Shown here: piece after piece, positions 39,069-47,155 of the stretch
Layout of the letters: every line of letters starts with the position of its first letter
How positions within the stretch are numbered: position 1 is the stretch's first letter
Virus record (IMG/VR): IMGVR_UViG_3300025769_000069
Length of the DNA: 64,000 nt
Source: a virus
Direction: 5' to 3' (one strand)
Position numbers and translations under genes: made by a program
The notes under the pieces: model-generated
What the model saw: the letters and a program-made list of their open reading frames with translations, nothing else
Databases searched by the model: none
Told to the model about the DNA's origin: nothing

Positions 39069-40256
39069 ATGATTTATTCTAGTATTGTTCCGTTAATTGG
39101 CGGTGAAACAATTGCAATGGAAAAAGTCTTTGGAAAAAGACCTGAGTACATTCTTTCATATTCAGACTTTACAGCTAATGATAGCCAGCTTCTTCACTAT
39201 TACAATCATTCTGTTCCTTATCTTCTTCTCGATAAAGGTGGCCTTGCTCCTAGTCAGGTTGATGTGGTCAATACTGTCTGTCCTTGTGCAGGTCTTAGTT
39301 CCCTTAGCCCTTCTAGCAGTGGTGATAGTACTACTAATGATTGGATGGTCAAGTCTGCAGAGTATGTGCTCGAATCAGTCCAACCAACTGTGTTCTGGGG
39401 TGAAAACGCTCCACGTCTCGCTAGTAAAATGGGAGCACCAGTTGTCGCAAAGTTACGAAAACTTGCAAAGAAATATGGATACACATTCTCCATCTACAAA
39501 ACAAAATCAATCCTCCACGGACTAAGTCAAATAAGAGATCGTACTTTCTATTTCTTTTGGAAAGGCAATCATGTTCCAATTTTTAAATACTACAATAGAC
39601 CATATACAACTATTGAAGATCAAATCAGATCATCTGCAACAAATGAACTTGATCCAATGTTTGAACAAGTAAATAATAAAGGGAAACCTTCTGAAGATCC
39701 AATGTATAGATTTGTTCTAGAAGAAATTGAAGGTGGTATGTCTCATTTTGATTATGTAAAGAAAACAAAGAAAACTCATAATCCGTATGATGCTATTGAA
39801 AGAGCTCAGATTAAATATTCTACTGTTGCAGAATGGATGAAATCTGAAGGATATGATCGTGTTGGAGAACGAATGATGCGCATTAATGAAAAGCTTGAAT
39901 CAGGCGGAAACATTATGCGTAAAGGTGTTGAGATTGGAAAAGATTACATTGGCGCATTTGTTGGACATAATCCAACTAGCTTAGTACATCCTGATGAAGA
40001 CAGATTTATTAATACTCGCGAAGCTTTAGACATAATGAAAATGCCAAAAGACTTTATGTTACAAGGTGGGATTAAGAATTTAAATATGATTTGCCAGAAT
40101 GTTCCCGTTACGACAGCAATGGATATGGCAGAGAATGTAAAAGATTTTCTTGGAGGATCTATTCAAACAATTGAAGCTGATTATATTCTTCAAGATAATA
40201 AAACACAAACTTACAACGTCGAAAGAGTTATGAATACTCTAGAAGCTTTTATCTAA
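39069..40256 (+). CDS. C5-cytosine DNA methyltransferase-like protein
   Basis: PC motif IV (CPCAGLS), ENA motif VI, QxRxR motif VIII, RFINTRE motif IX; motif I atypical (IVPLIGG). Confidence 0.8.
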   Translation: MIYSSIVPLIGGETIAMEKVFGKRPEYILSYSDFTANDSQLLHYYNHSVPYLLLDKGGLAPSQVDVVNTVCPCAGLSSLSPSSSGDSTTNDWMVKSAEYVLESVQPTVFWGENAPRLASKMGAPVVAKLRKLAKKYGYTFSIYKTKSILHGLSQIRDRTFYFFWKGNHVPIFKYYNRPYTTIEDQIRSSATNELDPMFEQVNNKGKPSEDPMYRFVLEEIEGGMSHFDYVKKTKKTHNPYDAIERAQIKYSTVAEWMKSEGYDRVGERMMRINEKLESGGNIMRKGVEIGKDYIGAFVGHNPTSLVHPDEDRFINTREALDIMKMPKDFMLQGGIKNLNMICQNVPVTTAMDMAENVKDFLGGSIQTIEADYILQDNKTQTYNVERVMNTLEAFI

Positions 40257-40416
40257 CTTCAACGTATAAGCATTCCATACTCTGGTTCTTACCAGTAACT
40301 AATACAATAGCTTTTTCATAAGCTACTTTACAATCTCGTTCTTGTTCATAGCTTCCCACGTGATAAAAGTTAATGTTTTGCGCAGCCGCTAATTCTAACC
40401 ATACTAGTATCCACAT
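40249..40416 (-). CDS. Small exported/membrane protein with two Cys (55 aa)
   Basis: MWILVWLELAAAQNINFYHVGSYEQERDC...EC; directly follows the 40417-40899 gene. Confidence 0.55.
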   Translation of the reverse strand: MWILVWLELAAAQNINFYHVGSYEQERDCKVAYEKAIVLVTGKNQSMECLYVEVR

Positions 40417-40899
40417 TTACCATTTCCCTTGTATTCCTCCAACATACCAAATTACAAATCCTATTATAATAATAGCTACACCTGCAGCTAATATTCCTAC
40501 AATCCATTCAAGTATCAATTGTTTTCTCTCTTCAGCTTCGTATATAGCTTGTTTGCGATCTTTACGCATCTGCGCTTCAATGCGAACTATTTCGTCCCAA
40601 GCAGATGGTCCATAGTATAAGCTAATATAACTTCTTAGTTCATTACGCATTTCTTGGGCTTTTTGCTTTTGAGCCCAAACCTCCAACGCGTTTTGTTGTA
40701 TATCACTAGCACCAAACATCTTTTTAAAGAATGGTGGATTCTCTGCTTGTTTATGAGCAAAGTCTAAGTCAGCTATTGATGAGGCCCACTGGTTAAGAGT
40801 GGATCCCATTTCTGTTATTTCTTTACCTGTGGCTATAGCACTTTTGATTCCATTATATGCAGCGGTAGCCATTCCAACCGCAGTAATTGGGTCTATCAT
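40417..40899 (-). CDS. Membrane-anchored coiled-coil protein
   Basis: MIDPITA N-terminus, C-terminal TM, SD AGGAGAGG, own late promoter. Confidence 0.75.
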   Translation of the reverse strand: MIDPITAVGMATAAYNGIKSAIATGKEITEMGSTLNQWASSIADLDFAHKQAENPPFFKKMFGASDIQQNALEVWAQKQKAQEMRNELRSYISLYYGPSAWDEIVRIEAQMRKDRKQAIYEAEERKQLILEWIVGILAAGVAIIIIGFVIWYVGGIQGKW

Positions 40900-40918
40900 G
40901 CGCCCTCTCCTTATTGCA

Positions 40919-40926
40919 TATTTATA
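40919..40926 (-). promoter_or_regulatory. T4-type late promoter (minus strand)
   Basis: TATTTATA on + equals TATAAATA on -. Confidence 0.75.
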
Positions 40927-40984
40927 AAAAAATGAGCTGACTGCTCATTTTTTTGTTTACAATTCATGCGTAATAGTGTAGTAT
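40926..40984 (+). promoter_or_regulatory. Early promoter with upstream palindrome (copy 2)
   Basis: TGAGC-N5-GCTCA, T7, GTTTACA-N17-TAGTAT, AATGAAGGAGA. Confidence 0.8.
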
Positions 40985-41013
40985 AATAATATAAAGAATG
41001 AAGGAGACATATC

Positions 41014-41262
41014 ATGGAATTCAACTGGATGGTTACAGCTACAAACGCAAAAGGCGATTTTGTTGAAGAATATTTTGTAGAGGCTAAAGAAGCTGATATT
41101 CGTCATAAGCAACTTTACAACGAAGTTGATGATCGTGGTCTTTGGATGTGGGGTACAATCCGTACTATCAATCTTGACTATAATCGTGATGATTTAATCA
41201 CTGGCATTCTTGGTCAACCTCGTGAAGGTAAAGTTCCTAGCTGCGTAGCGGAGGTAGCATAA
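41014..41262 (+). CDS. Early hypothetical protein
   Basis: Strong SD after early promoter. Confidence 0.65.
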   Translation: MEFNWMVTATNAKGDFVEEYFVEAKEADIRHKQLYNEVDDRGLWMWGTIRTINLDYNRDDLITGILGQPREGKVPSCVAEVA

Positions 41263-41477
41263 TGCAAAGAGCAGGCAAAACACATAAAGCCGCTATGGGT
41301 GGTGATGGTCGTATCGATCTTCGTGAGTTGATTGATTTTATGGAGCGTTGTGAAAATGTTCTAGAACGTGAAAATGAACCTGATGTTGCATTTTATTTTG
41401 GTCAAATAAAAGAATTTCTACGGGACAATCCACATAAAGGCTTAAAGGAAGACGCAGGTAGAATTCTAGGACTATAA
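41262..41477 (+). CDS. Hypothetical protein
   Basis: SD GGAGG; coupled. Confidence 0.6.
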   Translation: MQRAGKTHKAAMGGDGRIDLRELIDFMERCENVLERENEPDVAFYFGQIKEFLRDNPHKGLKEDAGRILGL

Positions 41478-41479
41478 AT

Positions 41480-41950
41480 ATGAATAAGAAATATGTCCAT
41501 ATAGCGAGCGGGTTTTTAACAATGGCAGGCTTAACAATACTTGGCCTTACGGCAATGATGTCATTGCCTGAGGTCGATCCAAAACAACATGAATGTATGG
41601 CACTTAACATTTATCACGAAGCTCGTGGCGAACGTTGGGAAGGCCAAATTGCTGTAGCACATGTAACAATGAATAGAGTTAACCATCAAAATTGGCCAAA
41701 TTCTATTTGTGATGTAGTATATGAATCAAAACAATTTAGTTGGACTCATATGATTAAAGATCATACTCCAACTGAAGAAAAAGCTTGGAAAGAAGCAAAA
41801 GTTATTGCACGTGATGTTATGATTGGCAATACTGAAGATCCTACAAAAGGTGCTGAGTTTTATCATGCTAATTATGTAAATCCGTGGTGGGCAAAGGAAT
41901 ATAAACTTACCAAAGTAATTGGTAATCATTTATTTTACAGTTTAGACTAA
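41480..41950 (+). CDS. Cell wall hydrolase (SleB/Hydrolase_2), N-terminal membrane anchor
   Basis: CMALNIYHEARGE, VTMNRV, QFSW, IGNHLFY. Confidence 0.92.
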   Translation: MNKKYVHIASGFLTMAGLTILGLTAMMSLPEVDPKQHECMALNIYHEARGERWEGQIAVAHVTMNRVNHQNWPNSICDVVYESKQFSWTHMIKDHTPTEEKAWKEAKVIARDVMIGNTEDPTKGAEFYHANYVNPWWAKEYKLTKVIGNHLFYSLD

Positions 41951-41951
41951 A

Positions 41952-42128
41952 ATGTACATTACGCCCTGTGTACAAATCTGTAAAATTGATATAGAATTAA
42001 AAACATGTATTGGCTGCGGTCGTACTATTGATGAAATTAAAGAATGGATGTCATACACTGAAGAAGAACGTATGGCAATAATGAGGAGACTTGGTTATGG
42101 CAAAAGACGCAAACGTGATAAACTATAA
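41952..42128 (+). CDS. DUF1289 Cys-rich protein (not in ORF track)
   Basis: TPCVQICKID..CIGCGRTIDEIKEW. Confidence 0.8.
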   Translation: MYITPCVQICKIDIELKTCIGCGRTIDEIKEWMSYTEEERMAIMRRLGYGKRRKRDKL

Positions 42129-42387
42129 ATTTGATGAAGCGAATTTAATTGCAGAATTTAAAGAATATATTGACGCTACTTATGGACAGCATTATGCCAA
42201 AGACAAGTTTCAAGCAACAGAATTTATTATTGATGGTGGTCATGGCACTGGCTTTTGTGTGGGTAACGTTTTAAAGTATGCACAGCGATATGGTAAAAAA
42301 GGAACTCATGCAGATGCACGTAAAGATCTAATGAAGGTGTTGCATTATGCCCTCATCCAATTATACATTCACGATAGAGACTATTAA
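42097..42387 (+). CDS. DUF3310-like protein
   Basis: HY, GFCVGNVLKYAQRYGKK, DLMKVLHY. Confidence 0.7.
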   Translation: MAKDANVINYKFDEANLIAEFKEYIDATYGQHYAKDKFQATEFIIDGGHGTGFCVGNVLKYAQRYGKKGTHADARKDLMKVLHYALIQLYIHDRDY

Positions 42388-42474
42388 GATCAATAATAAA
42401 ACAAAATTCATTGCTTATGACGGCAATAAACGTGTAATAATTATGTCACGCAGTAGGAAAATCGTCGTGGGGTA

Positions 42475-42503
42475 TTTACAATCTTTGGGATATGTGATAT
42501 AAG
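42475..42503 (+). promoter_or_regulatory. Promoter for tmRNA
   Basis: TTTACA-N17-TATAAG. Confidence 0.55.
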
Positions 42504-42508
42504 TATAC

Positions 42509-42750
42509 TCGTAGATGTTAGAGGGTATTCAGGACCGCGGGGCGGTACCGCGCAGCTCCACCAAATTTACTCTCTAGAGTAAAAAATGATAATTTACTTT
42601 GTAGAGTAAATTTGATGGGGCTGAAATAGGATCGACTGGTATTTGAGTCTACGAAACACAACTGCAAACGATAACTTTGCACCTTCTGGTTTTGCTCTAG
42701 CAGCATAATTAAGGGAGCTGGCCACTTGCTTAGCAACAGAAAAGTGGCAC
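42509..42750 (+). ncRNA. ssrA: Permuted two-piece tmRNA (alphaproteobacterial type)
   Basis: Acceptor piece ends CAGCTCCACCA (42563) with T-loop GGCGGTA; intervening segment; coding piece starts GGGGCTGAAATAGGATCGAC (42617); G3:U70 pair; tag ANDNFAPSGFALAA* at 42664-42708. Confidence 0.93.
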
Positions 42751-42788
42751 CATTTATAATGTTTTAACTCAATCTAGGAAAAAGTAAA

Positions 42789-43148
42789 ATGAAACTCGCA
42801 GTAATCGCAACAGCAGCAACTCTTTTGGTTGCAACACAAGCATCAGCAATCGATCTTGGCAATGGTATGACAGTAGGTGGCGAAGTAGATATGAACTACA
42901 CCACTGGTACAGAACTTTGGGCACTTGAAGCAACTCCTGAAGTTGGCATGGGCTTGATGGGTGCACAAGTAACGGTAGGATCTACCTTTGATCTAATGAA
43001 CCTTAATGGTGATGATGTATTTAAAGGTTTGGACTTCTCAGCTGAGTATGCAGTTGGCACTACAGGTCTGACTGCATATGGTGAGGTTGCCACTGACTCA
43101 GATTTTGAGTTTGGTGACTTTAAAGTAGGCGCTAAATTCGCGTTCTAA
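42789..43148 (+). CDS. Small outer-membrane beta-barrel / porin-like protein
   Basis: Signal peptide ending QASA, amphipathic strands, C-terminal GAKFAF. Confidence 0.7.
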   Translation: MKLAVIATAATLLVATQASAIDLGNGMTVGGEVDMNYTTGTELWALEATPEVGMGLMGAQVTVGSTFDLMNLNGDDVFKGLDFSAEYAVGTTGLTAYGEVATDSDFEFGDFKVGAKFAF

Positions 43149-43191
43149 TTAATCATATATACTATATAGGGTCACTACTTAATAAGTGCGC

Positions 43192-43219
43192 GAGGGGCCA
43201 TGGTTAGCCCCTCTTTCTT
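43192..43219 (+). terminator. Rho-independent terminator
   Basis: GAGGGGC-N8-GCCCCTC-TTTCTT. Confidence 0.65.
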
Positions 43220-43236
43220 ATGGAAAGGACTATAAT

Positions 43237-43581
43237 ATGAAAAAAATATTATTAGCTTTAGGGTTAATATCTAGTCCTGTGTATGCGGATACGCTTCAGA
43301 TTAATATTCCCTGTGATCCTGCACCCGTTGTAATGGGGATAATGGCACAATATAGGAATGCCTTGCTTCTTCAAGGAATGGGGACTATTAAATTAAAAGA
43401 TGGGAAAACTGTTACTTCTGCTACTCAGATATTTATAAATCAAGATACTGGGACGTTAGCTGTATTAATATCTTTCCCAAATGGGGATAACTCTCCTATG
43501 TCTTGTCTAGTTATTGCAGGTGATAAATGGGAGCCATATGGAGGCGGTCAGCCTTGGGATAAAAAGAAAGAAGATCTGTAA
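43237..43581 (+). CDS. Exported hypothetical protein
   Basis: Signal peptide MKKILLALGLISSPVYA; two Cys. Confidence 0.7.
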   Translation: MKKILLALGLISSPVYADTLQINIPCDPAPVVMGIMAQYRNALLLQGMGTIKLKDGKTVTSATQIFINQDTGTLAVLISFPNGDNSPMSCLVIAGDKWEPYGGGQPWDKKKEDL

Positions 43582-43757
43582 TGTGGATTTTGTTATTTGT
43601 CTATATGTACGACGCCAAGCCTTATGTAGAAGAACATAGTAGGCATAGTACTATGGTAAAATGCTTTCAAGCTAGAGAAGCTCTAGGCAAAGAATTAACT
43701 AACCGTTATGGGTATTTTGGTCCTGGCCAGCAAGCTATTTGTGTTGAAGCAGTATAA
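43581..43757 (+). CDS. Small protein with two Cys (58 aa, not in ORF track)
   Basis: MWILLFVYMY...CFQAREAL...QAIC; TAATG-coupled. Confidence 0.55.
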   Translation: MWILLFVYMYDAKPYVEEHSRHSTMVKCFQAREALGKELTNRYGYFGPGQQAICVEAV

Positions 43758-43769
43758 AATTTTAATTTT

Positions 43770-43777
43770 TATAAATA
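43770..43777 (+). promoter_or_regulatory. T4-type late promoter
   Basis: TATAAATA before the exported-protein operon. Confidence 0.8.
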
Positions 43778-43797
43778 GAGTTGAAATGGAGTATAAT

Positions 43798-44373
43798 ATG
43801 ATAGATAAGTTATTTGGAATTTTAGTATTAATAATTTGTGTATTTTTTGCACAAACAAGTTTTGCTCAAGATGCAGTTGAATGCCCTGATGGATATGTTT
43901 GTACATTATCGGGCACAGACTCTAATATTACTACTAATGGTCAGATGACCACAACAATTGAGCAACCACCCCCATCAGCAATTGCTCCGCAATTTAGTGC
44001 AGGTAACAATTCTGACTTGTGTACTATTGGTGCATCTGCCTCTGTGCAAACACAAATCCTAGGTATTTCTGCCGGTGGTACATACACTGAAGAAAACTGT
44101 AAACGATTAAAGAATGCAAAGGTTCTTTATGATATGGGAATGAAAGTAGCTGCGGTATCTACAATGTGTCAAGATGAAAATGTATTTAAAGCAATGATGA
44201 ACGCCGGCACACCTTGCCCTTATAATGGTTTAATTGGTGAAGCTGCTAAACTTGGTTGGGAAAGCCATGTTGAAGAAACTGAAGAAGAACTTAATTTGAT
44301 GGGACCTATAGATGCAGAAAAAGTTGCTCCTGTTATTGGCGCTGGTATGCTGGCCTGGTTACTCTTACTCTGA
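43798..44373 (+). CDS. Exported Cys-rich protein with hydrophobic C-terminus
   Basis: Signal peptide, PPPSAIAP, AGTPCP, six Cys after the signal. Confidence 0.7.
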   Translation: MIDKLFGILVLIICVFFAQTSFAQDAVECPDGYVCTLSGTDSNITTNGQMTTTIEQPPPSAIAPQFSAGNNSDLCTIGASASVQTQILGISAGGTYTEENCKRLKNAKVLYDMGMKVAAVSTMCQDENVFKAMMNAGTPCPYNGLIGEAAKLGWESHVEETEEELNLMGPIDAEKVAPVIGAGMLAWLLLL

Positions 44374-45217
44374 GAGTATAGCGCCATACTTTGGATATAC
44401 AGGCAATGCAATTACAGACCAGTCTTTAGCTTGGTCTATGCCTAGCGTATTGCCTAATCCACCTGGATTAGATATTCAAAATGTAATATATAGCTACAAA
44501 ATTCAAAAAGAAACTGGTGAGTGGGTTACAGTTCATGTGCAGAATGAAAATGCAAATGGTACTGGATATATTTTTAGAGAAACTGATGAGTGGAAACCTG
44601 GGTCTATAGCTGGTACAGGAATTAGTAAAGCTGTTCCTGTAGGAAACTTGCCAAGAGAAGCTTGGGGTGACGGCAGCATTGATGTTGACGGTAATGGCTC
44701 AGTCTATGATGCGAGTATCGTTTATACATACAGAGTTACGCCATGCTATGATCCTCAATTTGATCCTAACTGTCCTGGTTATGTTGTACAGATCCCTGAT
44801 ATTCCTGAAGTTGATTATGAAGTGTATGATGTGTTTGATGATGAGAATGTTGACATGGAACGCAATAAAACAATTGAGCAGGATGAGATAAATAGAGAAC
44901 AGGCCAGAGAAGATGAGGAAGAAGAGGAAGAAGAGCGTAAAAGAAAATACAGACTTGAAAAACTTTTGACCTCTCTACAAGCGGCTCAATTAGCAAATGA
45001 AAATTTAGTTATTCGTCAAATGAATGCTGCGGCAAATAGTGAGATAAATAGGTTATATAAGTCAAAAGAAATACCAGGTAAAGAATATAGTGATACAGTG
45101 ACTTTAGTAGATTCGAAATTACCTGATTCGAATAGAGGCTTACGTAATGGACTAGCACAGCAACTGCTGCATAATCAAATGGTAGAAATGCAGTATAGCT
45201 TAACAGACGAAAAATAA
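44312..45217 (+). CDS. Exported protein
   Basis: Signal peptide, beta-rich N-half, CYDPQFDPNCPGY, acidic coiled coil. Confidence 0.7.
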   Translation: MQKKLLLLLALVCWPGYSYSESIAPYFGYTGNAITDQSLAWSMPSVLPNPPGLDIQNVIYSYKIQKETGEWVTVHVQNENANGTGYIFRETDEWKPGSIAGTGISKAVPVGNLPREAWGDGSIDVDGNGSVYDASIVYTYRVTPCYDPQFDPNCPGYVVQIPDIPEVDYEVYDVFDDENVDMERNKTIEQDEINREQAREDEEEEEEERKRKYRLEKLLTSLQAAQLANENLVIRQMNAAANSEINRLYKSKEIPGKEYSDTVTLVDSKLPDSNRGLRNGLAQQLLHNQMVEMQYSLTDEK

Positions 45218-45232
45218 ACTAAGGAGACTTAA

Positions 45233-45748
45233 ATGTCTAATATTAAAACATGCTTGGTTGCTCTGTCTATCACGACTATGGCAAGCACAGGTAGTGGACA
45301 AAGTAATGATACACCAATTAATGGTACCGTGCAATCTCGATGTGTAATTCAAACCGATACTCCGGGCACATATGGTAACCCTAATGCATATGAATTAAGT
45401 ACAAGAGCAAATGCTGGCGGCGATAATGCTGTTATTCGAGTAGATGTTACACTGGCCAATTCTTATTATGTTAATATTACAGCACCATCTGAATTTGCAA
45501 GCAGCCCCACATTACCAGATGTAGTAACATGGACTGGTGATACAACTGTAAAAACATTATCTGATGCGACCGGAATGAGTGCATATGAATCAAGCAAACA
45601 AGAGCTAGGGATGACAGATAAGTACGATCTAACTGCTACTGGTTCAACGTGGTTTGAAACAGAATCAGTTGCTACATTAGGTGGCTCTCGAGCTTTTCCA
45701 GGAGGTAATTATACGGCATTAGTAGAAGCTGAGTGCATCGCTAAGTAA
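45233..45748 (+). CDS. Exported fimbrial-subunit-like protein
   Basis: Signal peptide, INGTVQSRC near the N-terminus, GGNYTALV near the C-terminus, Thr/Ala-rich. Confidence 0.5.
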   Translation: MSNIKTCLVALSITTMASTGSGQSNDTPINGTVQSRCVIQTDTPGTYGNPNAYELSTRANAGGDNAVIRVDVTLANSYYVNITAPSEFASSPTLPDVVTWTGDTTVKTLSDATGMSAYESSKQELGMTDKYDLTATGSTWFETESVATLGGSRAFPGGNYTALVEAECIAK

Positions 45749-45757
45749 GGAATAATT

Positions 45758-46147
45758 ATGTTACGTTATGTTTTGTTATTAGCTACTATATTAGTAGGTA
45801 TGAAAGCGCATGCTCATGAAATGGTTCCTACATACCCTAAGTTGAATCCATCTTATATTAACGGGCTACAGTCAACTACTGTTACTATTTTTAATAAAAG
45901 AGAAGATGTTGAATATTACGAAATTGGTGTATTCACTAAAGACTGGAATCCTATTCCATTTGTTACTGCGTATAAAGTTATTCCAGTACCTTATTTAAGC
46001 ACCGTTAGTGTTGATTTATTTATCAGAGATAAAGATAAATTGATTGTGACTTACATATGTTCAAAATCTAAACTTCGTAAATCTTATGAAACACAAACAA
46101 TTATATCATCTAGGATATGCTCTAAAGTGAAAAGGCTGGGAGAATGA
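45758..46147 (+). CDS. Exported Ig-fold / PapD-N-like protein
   Basis: Signal peptide ending AHA; PT, TVTIFN, YEIGV beta pattern. Confidence 0.45.
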   Translation: MLRYVLLLATILVGMKAHAHEMVPTYPKLNPSYINGLQSTTVTIFNKREDVEYYEIGVFTKDWNPIPFVTAYKVIPVPYLSTVSVDLFIRDKDKLIVTYICSKSKLRKSYETQTIISSRICSKVKRLGE

Positions 46148-46566
46148 AAAAACATTTTATAATATTAGCTATGTTATTACCTACATATACTTTAGCAGAC
46201 AATAGTGGTATTGGATTATCCTTACCTGGAGCATCTCAATCATATGGACAAGACAGTATTCGAGCAGGAGACTTAGATTGTAAGAACTCTATTGGAGGCG
46301 CTACAACTTTTGAGTTTGGAGTGACAGGGGTTATTGATAATTATAGCAGCCCATTTGGCGAACCGGATTATGGAAATGAAGAGAAGGATGTAGGGTTATA
46401 TGCAAGAATAGTTATACCACTTGATAAGCCTAAGGAAAGAATTAACTGTAATAGCCTATACCAATTAGAATTAAGAAAAAAACGATTAGAAGTTTTAAAA
46501 TTGCAACAAGAATTAGAAGCGTTAAGGCGTTTAAACGAAGCTGGCGGCGTTGAGTTTGAGAACTAG
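46144..46566 (+). CDS. Exported protein with C-terminal coiled coil
   Basis: Signal peptide; LYARIVIPL, NCNSLYQLEL. Confidence 0.65.
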   Translation: MKKHFIILAMLLPTYTLADNSGIGLSLPGASQSYGQDSIRAGDLDCKNSIGGATTFEFGVTGVIDNYSSPFGEPDYGNEEKDVGLYARIVIPLDKPKERINCNSLYQLELRKKRLEVLKLQQELEALRRLNEAGGVEFEN

Positions 46567-46576
46567 GAGTTAATAG

Positions 46577-47155
46577 ATGGCTGAATTTGAATTCGCTGGA
46601 ACCACGTTTAGAGGTGGTAAAATGTTTGTTGTGCTCACGGCACTATCAACATTAGGTGGTGGTGCATGGGGCGGCTTTGAGTTCTACAATGATTATAGAA
46701 ATATGAAAGAGATTGTAGAGAACATCGACGTAGATGCTATTGCAGCTGAGAACGAAAAAGTTATTCTTAAAATGGAAGAGAACCTAGCTCGTATCAATGA
46801 AGCTATTGAGTACACCCGTGATATTAAAACTGGTCTTAGAGATGATATACTTGGCATTGAAAAGCAAGTGGATCGCACAGAGGATAAGCTACGCGAAAGT
46901 GAAGAAAAGACTAGAGAAATTGTTCAAAACGCAGAAGAGCGTTTTGAGAATAAACGAGATGCATTGCAAAATGATTACGATGAAAAAGCAAATAGTCTAA
47001 GAAACTCGAACAATACTCGCATGAATGATCTGGAAACTAAAGTTGAGCGTGACCTTGAATCACTTCGAGCAACGATTGAAAGAGATATGAGAGAGCTTGA
47101 CACTCTATTGAGTGATAAATTACAGAGGGCACTAAACAATCCATTAGCGAACTAA
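46577..47155 (+). CDS. Membrane-anchored coiled-coil protein
   Basis: N-terminal TM (LSTLGGGAWGGF), long coiled coil, ends ALNNPLAN. Confidence 0.7.
   Translation: MAEFEFAGTTFRGGKMFVVLTALSTLGGGAWGGFEFYNDYRNMKEIVENIDVDAIAAENEKVILKMEENLARINEAIEYTRDIKTGLRDDILGIEKQVDRTEDKLRESEEKTREIVQNAEERFENKRDALQNDYDEKANSLRNSNNTRMNDLETKVERDLESLRATIERDMRELDTLLSDKLQRALNNPLAN

Noticed and set aside
42531-42563. Stand-alone tRNA ending CCA
   Set aside because: No anticodon arm; it is the acceptor piece of the permuted tmRNA.
42564-42610. CRISPR-like mini-array
   Set aside because: Only two imperfect 20-nt repeats 7 nt apart; no cas genes or spacers anywhere in the window.
42518-42736. Minus-strand 72-aa ORF
   Set aside because: Antisense to the tmRNA, with no SD or recognisable protein features.
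43186-43236. Upstream start extensions in the ORF track (43186, also 1692, 23515, 43708, 47874, 50285, 60400)
   Set aside because: Downstream ATGs have better SDs, translational coupling, or expose signal peptides or a lipobox.
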